From Folioceros fuciformis (lineage: Eukaryota), in the NCBI GenBank assembly GCA_049999805.1, contig JBNGIO010003970.1, positions 1 to 64,000 of the forward strand: a DNA stretch of 64,000 nucleotides, in the 5' to 3' direction. The notes under the pieces were generated by a model, which was given only the letters and a program-made list of their open reading frames with translations, ran no database searches and was not told the DNA's origin. The translations under genes and the position numbers were made by a program. Below, in pieces: positions 42,801 through 53,266 of this stretch; position 1 is the first letter of the stretch, and each line of letters opens with the position of its first letter.

Positions 42801-43172
42801 TGGATGCCAAGGTGAACGGCAAGGGATCTTTGGAGAGGCCTGATGTCTGTGACAGATTCTCTTTGAAACTGTCCAGAGAGCTGCTGCACAAGTTTTGGAA
42901 CTCACCCGACGCTAGACAGGTGAAGGTGAGCAGCGTGGAGTAGGAAGCGCTCCTGCCTGCAGCGCTGCCTGTCAGACAGATCAGCTTTTCTGATTGACTG
43001 AGTGAGTTTACTTTTGTAGGGCAAGCTCTTCTTCAGGCGTGGTTTCTTAGACGATTCGTCTGCACAGTGGACCAACTTTTCAGATGAGTTTCTGCAGGCG
43101 ATCCCAGATACAGCAAGCCCTCTTGGCGGCCTGCATACGTTTTGGGTTCACATGGAGTACGGTGATAAGTAG
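39812..43172 (+). CDS. Multidomain protein: BtuF/TroA-like (B12/Fe-siderophore) periplasmic-binding fold + DUF5522-like Cys/His domain + degenerate PP-loop (diphthine-ammonia ligase-like) domain
   Basis: [84 protein letters not shown]...RGTCCGNRCRHCPFGH; LCTFFDP...IMDQA...LLAIPL; GGLHTF. Confidence 0.75.
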
Positions 43173-43723
43173 CTGTCGGCATAGAATCGAAATGCTTTCC
43201 AGCAAGATTTACGTTGTGTGGGCCAGATTGGCATTTTCGGATAGGGTCCGATTAAGAATGTTAAGGTGCAACCTCCCTCCTCCTGGGCTCCCTACGCTAC
43301 TGTAACCCAACTCACATGATACGGTGTCGAGACGGACAGTGCTGGACTCGGCACCTGGAACTGGTTGCCCACGATGTCGATTCCTAAGAGTTTCCCGACC
43401 AAACAATTTAATGACCGAGGCGGCCTCCGCCAAACAATTGGGCGGCATCGTGCCATGTCCGTGGGGCACACCACAGAGAAAGGCTGAGGAAAGCACATTT
43501 CGACATAGGAGCGGGACGCTTTTACACTCTCACAAGGCCACACTTGAGCTTGGATGACAAAATTGTGCAACAATCAGTGCATTAGTTACGGCCGGGCATG
43601 AAGGTGATAGATAACACCACAGCTGAGAACCATGAAGTCCAGGGACACCTAAGCTGGTCAGTTCCCTTCTAAGTGCAGGCCCTCCAATGGAATGGAATAG
43701 GATAATTGTCAATGTGGTTAGCC

Positions 43724-45841
43724 CTATTGAACATTCAGGCCAGGAACACCTCTTAGGCCCATCATTTGTACTGTTTTCTTGGTAAGGTAAGGGGGAGCAT
43801 CAAGACCTATGGTTGAACTGAACAAGTTTGCTCGTTGAACTAATGTCTCCTTATTCCAGCTGAGGTTCTTGGCAGAATTGTAATAGCCCAACCATGCAGC
43901 ATAGGCCTTCTCCCGGGTGTCATTGCTTATCTTAGCCAAGGCATGCTGCAGCTTCTTGTTGGTGTCAGAAGTAACCCGCGGGAGTGGTGCAGCCGAAATA
44001 GAGATATCCTTCAACTGCTTGATAAAAGTTTCTTCCCAGGGAGTCAGCAGAAGAACACCCTGCCCCTCTTTCCCAGCCCGACCCGTTCTTCCCAGCCTGT
44101 GAATGTACTGCTCTCTCCCCGCGGGCAAACCCACCTGCAGGACGAGAGTAACGTCTGGGTAGTCCACGCCCCTGGCTGACACATCGGACGTGAACATGAC
44201 TATCCCACCCTGCGACTTCCGGAACTCGTCAGACGTCCTAGTCCTGAACGCCTGGGACTTCCTGGAATGGATTTCCCGCACGTTGAGCCCCAATTCCCGG
44301 TGCAGCTCTGCCATGAGCTGTGTGGATCGAGCAGTGGTGCAGAAGACCAACACTTTGTAATTAGGCTCCTCGGCAATATGCTCCATCAACGTGGTATACG
44401 CTACGCCTATCTGCTGCTCTAGGGGAGCCACCATGAAGGTCTGGGTCACCCGGGCGTGCGTTTCTTGGTCCTCTTCTCCCACCGTGTCCACGAACACGTG
44501 ATTTTTCTTCAGCGCAACCTCCGTCACACTGTGCACCTCCTTGGGAATGGTGGCCGAGAAAAGTAGAGTCTGCCGCTTTCTTGGCAAAGCGGCGATTATC
44601 GTGTCCAAACTCTTCCGGAAACCCATATCCAGCAACTGGTCCGCCTCATCGAGCACCAGCACCTTGAGCCCCCGCAGCCGCTGCGCAAACCCATCCGAAG
44701 ACTGGATGTGATCCACCAGCCTGCCGGGCGTGCCCACCAATATTTGACAGGGAAGCCTGTTGATCCGACTCAGCTCCGACGACATGTTAGTCCCTCCAAT
44801 GACAACCAGCGCCCCGATGCCCGAATGGAACTTAGTCAGGGTGGTGGCCTCCGCTGCAGCTTGGCTTGCCAGCTCCCGGGTAGGGCAGATGACCAGCACA
44901 TTGATACTCTTCCCGCCCACCTGTCCCTCCACCTGACCCTTCAAGATGGCCTCGATGGCCGGCAGCAGGAAGGCAATGGTCTTTCCCGTCCCCGTCTTAG
45001 CCTTAGCCAAGAGGTCCACGCCATCCAGAATCAGCGGCAACGTCTGCTCCTGCACCACCGTCATCCGCTCGTACTTGAGCACGGTGTGCAGCGCCTGGAT
45101 GGAGAGGGGGGAGATGGGGAAGGAATCAAACCTAGTCTGAGACAGGTGAGACGGAGACGCGGCATCTTCATCACCATCGGGCTCCGGAGCCAGATCCTTA
45201 GCCTGCGTATGGATTTGCTTCGCCTTCTCCTGCAGGAAGCGTGGGCGCAGCCGCTTGGAGTCGGGGAAGAGGGTCCCGGGGGCGGCCAACCCTGAGGCTG
45301 CGGCGCTGGGGCTGCCGCGCTTCTTTTCTCCGGTAGGCTTGGCTGCCTTGCGAGGCAGCAGGCGTGCAGAAGACAAAGGGGTAGCCGCAGCAGGGGCTTC
45401 CCCATCGTCATCCGAATACTCGGGGCCGTCGAATCGAGTCCACAAATCCATAGAGCCGCCCTTGTTGAATCTGCTAGCCAGAGCCCTGATATGTGGGTCA
45501 GAGAAGTCAGGAGGCGGGAGCGCGGATGGAGGAGGGGACGGGGCCGCAGGGCTGGAGCTAGGGCTGGTTTCCCACGGTTTCTCCAACTGCGGGCTGGAGG
45601 CCATGAGTTCTGCGCGCCTCCTGGCCTCGTATAGCTGGCGGTCCCGCAGCAGACGGGCCTTCTCGATCTGCTGCTGCTTCTTCTCCTGCATCCTCTTCCA
45701 CTGCCACTTGCTAACGCCTCCGGGAAAAGTCCGAGGACCCCCGCCCATCATTCGCACCCCCCATGGCACCGCGCGGCCCAGAAACGAGCGAGCCGTCCGA
45801 GCCTGCGCCCACACCTTGATGGAGCAGTGCCCAGACAGCAT
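43724..45841 (-). CDS. Organellar DEAD-box RNA helicase, RH33/RH48 (Mss116-like) family, single exon
   Basis: MGGGPRTFPGGVSKWQWKRMQEKK signature; AKTGTGKT, PTRELA, DEAD, SAT, ARGVD, HRLGRTGRAG; AWLGYYNS. Confidence 0.92.
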   Translation of the reverse strand: MLSGHCSIKVWAQARTARSFLGRAVPWGVRMMGGGPRTFPGGVSKWQWKRMQEKKQQQIEKARLLRDRQLYEARRRAELMASSPQLEKPWETSPSSSPAAPSPPPSALPPPDFSDPHIRALASRFNKGGSMDLWTRFDGPEYSDDDGEAPAAATPLSSARLLPRKAAKPTGEKKRGSPSAAASGLAAPGTLFPDSKRLRPRFLQEKAKQIHTQAKDLAPEPDGDEDAASPSHLSQTRFDSFPISPLSIQALHTVLKYERMTVVQEQTLPLILDGVDLLAKAKTGTGKTIAFLLPAIEAILKGQVEGQVGGKSINVLVICPTRELASQAAAEATTLTKFHSGIGALVVIGGTNMSSELSRINRLPCQILVGTPGRLVDHIQSSDGFAQRLRGLKVLVLDEADQLLDMGFRKSLDTIIAALPRKRQTLLFSATIPKEVHSVTEVALKKNHVFVDTVGEEDQETHARVTQTFMVAPLEQQIGVAYTTLMEHIAEEPNYKVLVFCTTARSTQLMAELHRELGLNVREIHSRKSQAFRTRTSDEFRKSQGGIVMFTSDVSARGVDYPDVTLVLQVGLPAGREQYIHRLGRTGRAGKEGQGVLLLTPWEETFIKQLKDISISAAPLPRVTSDTNKKLQHALAKISNDTREKAYAAWLGYYNSAKNLSWNKETLVQRANLFSSTIGLDAPPYLTKKTVQMMGLRGVPGLNVQ

Positions 45842-46056
45842 TCCTCCCGGAATTTGTTCCTGCCCACCACTCGCTCTGTCCCTGTACCTGCACCTGCTAC
45901 GCCCGCACCACCCACCACCTGCAGGGTGTAGACTGTTTACGAACAGTGTGCCTTGACACATTATACAGTTCCTTCCATGCGCACCCTAGCCCTAGGCTCC
46001 ACCACTCCGACCAACCAACCAACCAACCACCCAACCAACCGGGATTGATCAGAGTC

Positions 46057-46980
46057 ATGTTGGAATTCCCGCCAGGACTCCTGGCAACATCGGCAGCCGC
46101 ACCGGCAGTGCTCCGGACGTCTGTTGCTGTGCCATTGCGGAATGTGAGTCGTCTAAAGGTAGGTCTCAGCTCCAACCCGGACTCAGCAATCCAGGCTACT
46201 GAGCTGCGCCCAGCTGTAGACATCGTGCGAGAATTCTACAGCCTCATCAACACGCGTCAGCCAGAGGCTGCCCTCGAGCTCGTAACGGACGACTGTCTGT
46301 ACGAGGATTTCTCATTCGCGGAACCCTTCAAGGGCAAGCAGGTACGAGACATAACAAATGTGACCTGCTCTCACCCACCTCCTAGCAATACACACCCCAG
46401 TTTCTTTTGAGAATATTTTCTCCTGCGCAGGCTACTCTGGGCTTGTTCAAGAGGTTCACGGATGGCGGCGTGGGGCTGAATTTCGTCATTGACGACATCA
46501 GCACAGGGGATCCTGATGCTGTTGGACTGACTTGGCATGTGGGTCAGTTCCATATCTTCGGTTGTCTCGTTTTGTTGTGTGCAACCTCTCTATGCTTGGG
46601 CCTGAAGGTGGTATAGCTGTACCTGCACACAGAATGGAAAGGCACACCATTCCCATTCAGCAGAGGTTGCAGCTTCTACCGGTGTGAAGTTGTTCAAGGG
46701 CAAAGGAAGATCAAGTAAGATTTTACGACGCCACTTCTGTTGTAGCCGGTTGTGACATTTCACACCCTTGACAGACAATTTGGCTGGCCAGATACTTCCG
46801 TGACATCGTGGAGTCGCCTGTCAAAGCCGGCGATGCAACCGTGGTAAAGCATCCAACCAGGTTGAATTCTCTCTCTCACGCAACATTTTCACCGCCACTC
46901 ATTCCGTCCGAACGCAGGTGGCCATCAAAGCTGTAATCTTCCTGTTGGAGCGCTTCCCTCAACTCGCAAAGATGTGGTGA
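46057..46980 (+). CDS. NTF2/SnoaL-like domain protein, probably plastid-targeted, multi-exon
   Basis: VREFYSLIN...DDCLYEDFSFAEPFKGK; FVIDDISTGD..VGLTWH; EWKGTPFPFSRGCSFY; RDIVESPVKAG; LLERFPQLA. Confidence 0.85.
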
Positions 46981-47231
46981 CCGGAACGCCGTGCAATCAG
47001 GAGCAACGCAATGGGTGAGGTCGATTCTCGCCATCTACATGTAGCAACACACAAACCCGACTACCTAGCCATATCAGGAACAACTGCAAAATAATAATTA
47101 GGCTCCACTCGGCACGGGCCTCGGGTTTTTTCCGAGGTCAGGTTGCGGTGGTTGTGCAATCGCTTCCGATGCCGTTGTAAGCTCCTGCTTCGGATCCAAG
47201 CAATCAGAAAAGCGTTGTACATTTTGCCACG

Positions 47232-49947
47232 ATGTCTTCAATTTACGTGTTGGAGCCGCCTACGAAGGGCAAGGTGGTCCTCAACACAACTCTTGGACCA
47301 CTCGACATTGAATTGTGGCCCAAGGAGGCGCCCAAAGCAGTAAGTCTGTTGCAGATTTGAAGAAATTGTCAGCTTGGAAAACCTGACGTTCGTCTCGTCG
47401 GGGCTTGGTCGTGTGTGAGGTGTCGTCCTCGTTGCCATCTTCCGTGCCCTAGAGCTGACGACTTGTGTGCTTGCTCTGTGCTCAGGTTCGAAATTTCGTA
47501 CAGCTTTGTCTGGAGGGCTACTATGATTCTACTGTGTTTCACCGGATTATCAAGTCGTTTATGGTGCAAGGAGGGGATCCGACCGGTACTGGGAAAGGTC
47601 TGCTAATGGCTCATGTTCAGTCGCTGGCGCGCCTTGTGTGTTTTTCTTCTAATGGAGAAGCTTAACGTAAGGTTGTATCGCTGCTGGCAGGTGGTGACAC
47701 CATTTATGGCGCACCTTTCCCTAATGAGTGCCATTCCAGGCTCCGGTTCAACCATAGGGGCTTGGTTGCCTGTGCAAATGCAGGGACTGTCAACAGCAAC
47801 AATAGCCAGTTCTTCATCACTTTAGATCGGACTGACTGGCTTGACAAGAAGAACACAATCTTTGGGAAGGTACACTTTGCAGTCAGAGGCTTGGCAGCTG
47901 GTTACGTAGGAGTGTTTTGCTTTAACATTGTGTTAATGCTTTCCATCAGATCACAGGTGATTCTATTTACAACCTATTGCGCATCGGGGAGCTGGAGACG
48001 GATGCGGACGACCGTCCTGTGGAGCCACCTAAGATAACTGCTGTAGAGGTGCGTTTCTTGCCAGCTTGGATAAGTGGCTCGATGGCTCATGAACTTGAAT
48101 GTCAGTTTCACATCAACAGCGAATGTTTTCAGCTCAGGAACATATTTGTTGAGGGTTTTCAAGCTTTGATGCATTTCTGAGGTCTCTGCAACTACACGTT
48201 CCTACAGTTGCACCACTGGAAGAGTTGACTTTATGAGTGTGTTTGACAGTGGATCATCTGACCCAGGTGCTCTGGAATCCGTTCGAAGACATTGTTCCAA
48301 GGCAGGTGAAGGAACCTTCATTAGCGCATGCTGAGGAGATTGATGAACCTAAGGTGACAAAAACTCCGAAGAAAAAGTGAGTACACATGTACTTGTATCT
48401 CCGAACGGCAGGTTGAATTGAGGGTGAGTTGCTCTCTTGTTTTCCTGAACTTTGTATTTCTCCCACTCCAGGCAGTTGAACTTGCTCTCATTTGGCGAGG
48501 AGGCTGAAGAGGAGGAGCAAATTCTGTCCACTAGCAAGGCCAAAATTCGAAGTAGTCATGATCTTCTTGATGATCCCCGGTTGCTGAAGGGAGACGTGCA
48601 GAGGGTAAGTAATTTGCCTTGTACAAGTGTCTGCGTAGACCGATATGGCTTGGCGTGCCTTTGTCTCCAAGTTCATGGTCAGGACCTTTTCAAATAGTCT
48701 TTGGTTGCTTGTTAAGGACAGGATCCTGAGGAAGTCAAAAGAAGGAAGGATCTGCAGTCCTCTGTGCGACAAGCTTTGAGTGCTGGGAAGAAAGACAGTA
48801 GCAATGAGGACGAGGAGTCTGAGTATGCATTTGATTCGAAGATGAGGCAGCAAGTCCTTGAGCGCAAGCGCCGGTTTGAAGAACCAAAAGTGACTAGAAC
48901 CACAAAAGGTTGCAGGAGTTGCAGTGAAAGAACCTTTCCACGTTGCATGATCCTGAATCATTTCTTGCTAACGTTTGGTTGGCTGCCATGCTCAGGCACA
49001 GACGATGATAACGTTGAAGGCACCGGTAAACACCGGCCTACTAACAAACCCCCGCTTCCGCCTGACAAAAGGTACAGTCTGCATCCGACCTTTTGGTTTA
49101 ACTCCAGCGATCAAGGTGTTCAGCAATGTCGGTGGTTCAGGTACTGATAACGTCTCCTGTATTTACAGAGACAGGGATAGCACAGGCGATGACCCGGTGG
49201 CAAAGAGAAGTAAGAAGGACAAACTTATCATCAAGGAAAAAGGCTTAGGCTCTGAAGAAAAGGCAGAGCTCTCCTCCAAGGCCGACGTTGATTCCCAGCT
49301 TTTGACGCCTCTTGAACAGCAGCGCCAGAAGTATAAGCAACGCAAGCGCACCCTCAAAGGCAAAGAGGAGGCAGTACGCGTACAAACCTCTATGTAGAAT
49401 TCAATTCTGTTTGTTTGTAAACGCTACGATGTTCGAGTTCTGGGATGTTGCATTCGCTTGTACAAGTGCATCGGTCTCATGGCCATCACTTTCCGTGTGC
49501 AGACATTAGCGAAGCTGGAAAAATTCAAAACCAAGCTGCAGACAAAGGTGGTAAGTGAGGACAAGCAGCCTGGTTCAAACGACGAAGTCGAGGTTGAAAG
49601 GGGGCATGATTGGATGCACCACCAGCTGAAGTTCGAGGTTGACCCAAAGCAGAAGGTATTGGAAGCTGGAAGTTGTTTGTCGTTGCGTTGTGTCCCTAGT
49701 GGCGACAAGTTTTCATCTTCATGCGAACACATGCTTTTGTATAGGGTAAATAGTTTCAATGTACCTTGTCTAATGTTCAATCCCTTGGAATACACATGCT
49801 GGACAGGACTCAATGGCGAGAAATGAGGATCCAAATCAGTATGTGCTTTTCGACCCTTTGCTGGAGAAAGGAAAGGAGAAGTTTAACAAAATGCAAGCCA
49901 AGGAGAAGCGACGGAACAGGGAGTGGGCGGGGAAATCGCTATCGTAG
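47232..49947 (+). CDS. CYP57: Spliceosomal cyclophilin CWC27/CYP57, multi-exon
   Basis: [90 protein letters not shown]. Confidence 0.93.
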
Positions 49948-50333
49948 TTGGGATAGTCCAGTAGCTGCTGGACTTTCTAACTTGGTTCCAACCAACTACA
50001 GTCCTCGGCTACGGGCTACGATGCGTTCTTTCTGTTTTTCTTTGTAATTTGTGTCACATCGAATCTGTAAGTACTTCTCGAGTCTTGAAATTCCGATTAT
50101 TATCTTTAATATTTTAAAGAATTGGCCTAGAATTATTCATCTTTATTAACATTTCGACAAAGGGTCGCCAAAACCGTAGCCCGCTCTGTTTTCACTGAAT
50201 AGGACGATATCCCCCACAGGGACATCTATAGATAGAGAAGGGCGTCGAAAATGCGATCATTGCGCAGTCTCTTTCGGCGCTGGGCTGTACCCGTTGTTGC
50301 CCTTGGAGCCTCTCTTCGCTCAAGGGCGCTCGC

Positions 50334-50786
50334 ATGGCGGACGGCGGAGAGGAGAGGTGGCATTTGGAGGCAGTGAATGAGCAAGCGGTGGTCGGGAAGT
50401 GGAATCTTCTGCGCTCGGAGGTCAACCAGCTGTATTCCAAGATTTCTGAACTCGAACTGGAGCTGAACGAGCACACGCTTGTGATTAACGCGATCAAGCC
50501 CCTGGACCCCAAAAGGAAGTGCTTTCGAATGATTGGCGGAGTTTTGGTGGAGAGAACTGTAGAAGAGGTCATACCCGCTGTCCGGAACAATAGAGACGGG
50601 TTACAGGAAGTGATTGGTAAACTCGCGGATGCTCTCGATAAGAAGAGGAAAGAGCTTGTGGAGTTTGAAACGAAGTACAAGATCAGGGTGCGGAGAGGAG
50701 ACGCGTCGGGTAACAACAGCTCTGATGCAGCTGCACCAAAGGATGGAGGCGCGCAAGGAGTCCTTGTCGGCCCGGCAGCGTCGTAG
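50334..50786 (+). CDS. PFD2: Prefoldin subunit 2, single exon
   Basis: ELNEHTLVINAIKPLDPKRKCFRMIGGVLVERTV; C-terminal AQGVLV. Confidence 0.95.
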   Translation: MADGGEERWHLEAVNEQAVVGKWNLLRSEVNQLYSKISELELELNEHTLVINAIKPLDPKRKCFRMIGGVLVERTVEEVIPAVRNNRDGLQEVIGKLADALDKKRKELVEFETKYKIRVRRGDASGNNSSDAAAPKDGGAQGVLVGPAAS

Positions 50787-52307
50787 CCACTGAGGTAGGT
50801 CGGGATGCTTCTCCCGGATCTGTCCAGGTTTAGGGTTGGATGGTTTTCTTGTGCATGTCTGGACGTCGAGGAATGTGTCTCTGAACCCTACGTCTAGTGC
50901 TGGCCGTCCAGCTGCAGTCTCGTGTTATTGTTTTGTCTAGTGTGCATGCCTTGACTCTCATGGCTTTGACACCGGTATGCTCAAGCGCGGTGATGATTAC
51001 AATTCCTCGGTCTGAATGCTGCGGCATTGAAGACTCATTACACCCATAGAATTTGAGCGCCTTGGGGTGAGAAGTCTGTAAGATGCCTGAATTGTGTGCA
51101 CACTGGTCTGTGGTCTTGTTTGAAGCGTGCTCGGTCTTGTGTGCGTGGCGTGTCTTCTAGTTGTTGGCACGGCATTCCAGATACGTTATGTCCACAGAAC
51201 ATGAACGCTTGGTGGAGACCTCTCAATTCAGTTGACGTTCAGTCTTGCAGTCTTGTTTGAGGAAGGCCTGTGCTCGTTTTGGTCTCTATTTTTATTCGTT
51301 CGCTGTGTCACGGTCATGCTTCTGTGTGTCGTGCCGTTTCTCTGGATTGTTTTCGTCGTTCAGTTTCAGGTTGTGCTTTGGAGTTTTAGGTCTCCCAGGG
51401 TCCTGCTTTCTATCCTTAAATTCTGTTGTTTTTGTTCTTGACAGATGATTTAAACTCACCTCGTTTTTGTGTAGTGGCAGTATGGTCGGATGTGGCTGTG
51501 GGATTAGCAATAAGGCATCAACATTTTTCTCTCCATAAGGGTGTTCAGAAGCGACAGTCACAATGATCAACCCTGACTCAACAGTCCGGGTTGTGCGATG
51601 TCAACAGGACTTCGGGTCAGGTAGAGGCTGAAGACCACAAGAAGGGAAGCAAGACCGAGTGCATTGTTGGACTTGGAGAACTGGCGATTTGAAATCTGAG
51701 TAAGTTACCACTGTAATGTTTGCAGTGAAATTGATTTGAGTTTTTAGTTCTTAGGGTCATCAGTTTTTACATTATGTAAAACGTGTTTGGTGCTCTTGCC
51801 TGATAGCCACTGAGCTAAAGTGGTACTGTTCTTTAGGTGTGCTGGGGAAGTGTTACAATTACATTTCATGCGTAGTAAGAAGCTTTAGGGCCCGAAAAAG
51901 ATGGGCACCAAGGAACGCGAGGTGAGAATATTTTGTGCGAAAATGTGATCAATTTGACTTCGCGGTAGTGATGCTGAGTCACGTTTCAAGTAGATCACTC
52001 CACATCGGCTGGACATCAGGATGCTTAAGTGATACGCCGCTGCAGAGTGATGTAGCCTGGCGTGCAAATGAGCTGGTTTAGTGTCTTCTTAAGGGCTAAC
52101 AAAGATGAACAAGAATTCTAGGTCAGTTCACTACGGATTTTTTTCGGACGTGGTACTTGTACGATGGCATCATTTAATTGAAGGACCCGAACCACCGACT
52201 GCTAGATGGGATCCTTAATTTCTCCAACAGGACCCTTGATCACAAGGATCTTGTTCCTTTGGAATACATAGGATTCTCGATCACAACGATCATTGGGCAA
52301 ACATAGC

Positions 52308-52390
52308 AATCGTACTTGGGACCCCTCGATTCCTTCCAGACCTTTGAACGATGTGTTCTTAGGGGCTAACATAGAGCCAGCATCACGCGA
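52308..52390 (-). pseudogene. ~83-bp inverted copy of CDC48C exon 1 sequence (30837-30920)
   Basis: The reverse complement tcgcgtgatgctggctctatgttagcccctaagaacacatcgttcaaagg... aligns to tcacgtgacgctggcactatgtcagcccctaagaacatatcgttcaaaga... with about 10 differences. Confidence 0.85.
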
Positions 52391-52835
52391 TCTAAGGATG
52401 AACCTAGATCCACTTGGAGAGTACTCAGATGATGGTAATCCATTCAAAATGTGTAGGCAGTTTCAATCTGCATCGTTTAGCTTCCATGGTTTAAAAGAGC
52501 ACTTCTGAAAGTTTGTGTGCAGACCCTTAGCAAATGCCACCTTGCCGAGGCAGTCCAAGGGAAGGAGGACAAGCTGGATGCTGCAGGTGAGCTCCATGTT
52601 TTGAAACAGTATTCTGCACTAGCTGTTTGTTCACATACTCAGCTGTAGCATATGTTTCCACAGTGAATGAGAACGGTGAAAACTGGAGCATTGGTAAGGG
52701 ACAACTCATCAGTCTTGGACGGGCTTTGTTGAAGAGGACCAAACTTTTGTTGTTGGATGAAGCAACTGCATCAATAGACACAGCAACCGATAGTCTCATT
52801 CAGCAGACTTTGCGAACTGAGTTTGCAGAGTGCTT
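52391..52835 (+). pseudogene. ABCC/MRP transporter NBD2 gene fragment (three exon pieces)
   Basis: [80 protein letters not shown]; no Walker A and no TM domains nearby. Confidence 0.85.
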
Positions 52836-53266
52836 AATCCGGAATAGGCTGCTTAATCACGATGGCCTTATGACTACGCCCGTTGGACTGGTTATGACTA
52901 CAAATAACCGCAATCTGAACATTGATGTCACGCTAGTAATGCATTCCAAGGACGCCCTGTGTAAGCATTAGGACGAAGCTAGGAACGCAATGATGGTGAT
53001 GTAAATGTTTGGAAGTTAATGGTTTACAACGGACAAATTCATCCCTTGGCGATGGCAGCACTCCCAATTGGCTGCTCCAGTCCCGGACTGTGGCACTACG
53101 CAAAACCTTGCCATCAGCCGAGCTATCAATGAACACACGGGAGGGAAAAGGGAGGGATGTGGCAGGGCCTCTGAAAGAACATGCTCAGTGGTCCTTGACA
53201 TAATCTTAAACGCCGTTAAGTTCTGTGCATCCTGTTCCAGGCTTCGAAGTTATGCTCGTATTACAG

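Noticed and set aside
44708-45956. Long plus-strand ORFs opposite the DEAD-box helicase
   Set aside because: Antisense shadows of a GC-rich coding exon.
52627-52971. Functional ABC transporter gene
   Set aside because: Only part of NBD2 is present, the signature is altered (SIGKGQ), and there is no room for the rest of the gene.
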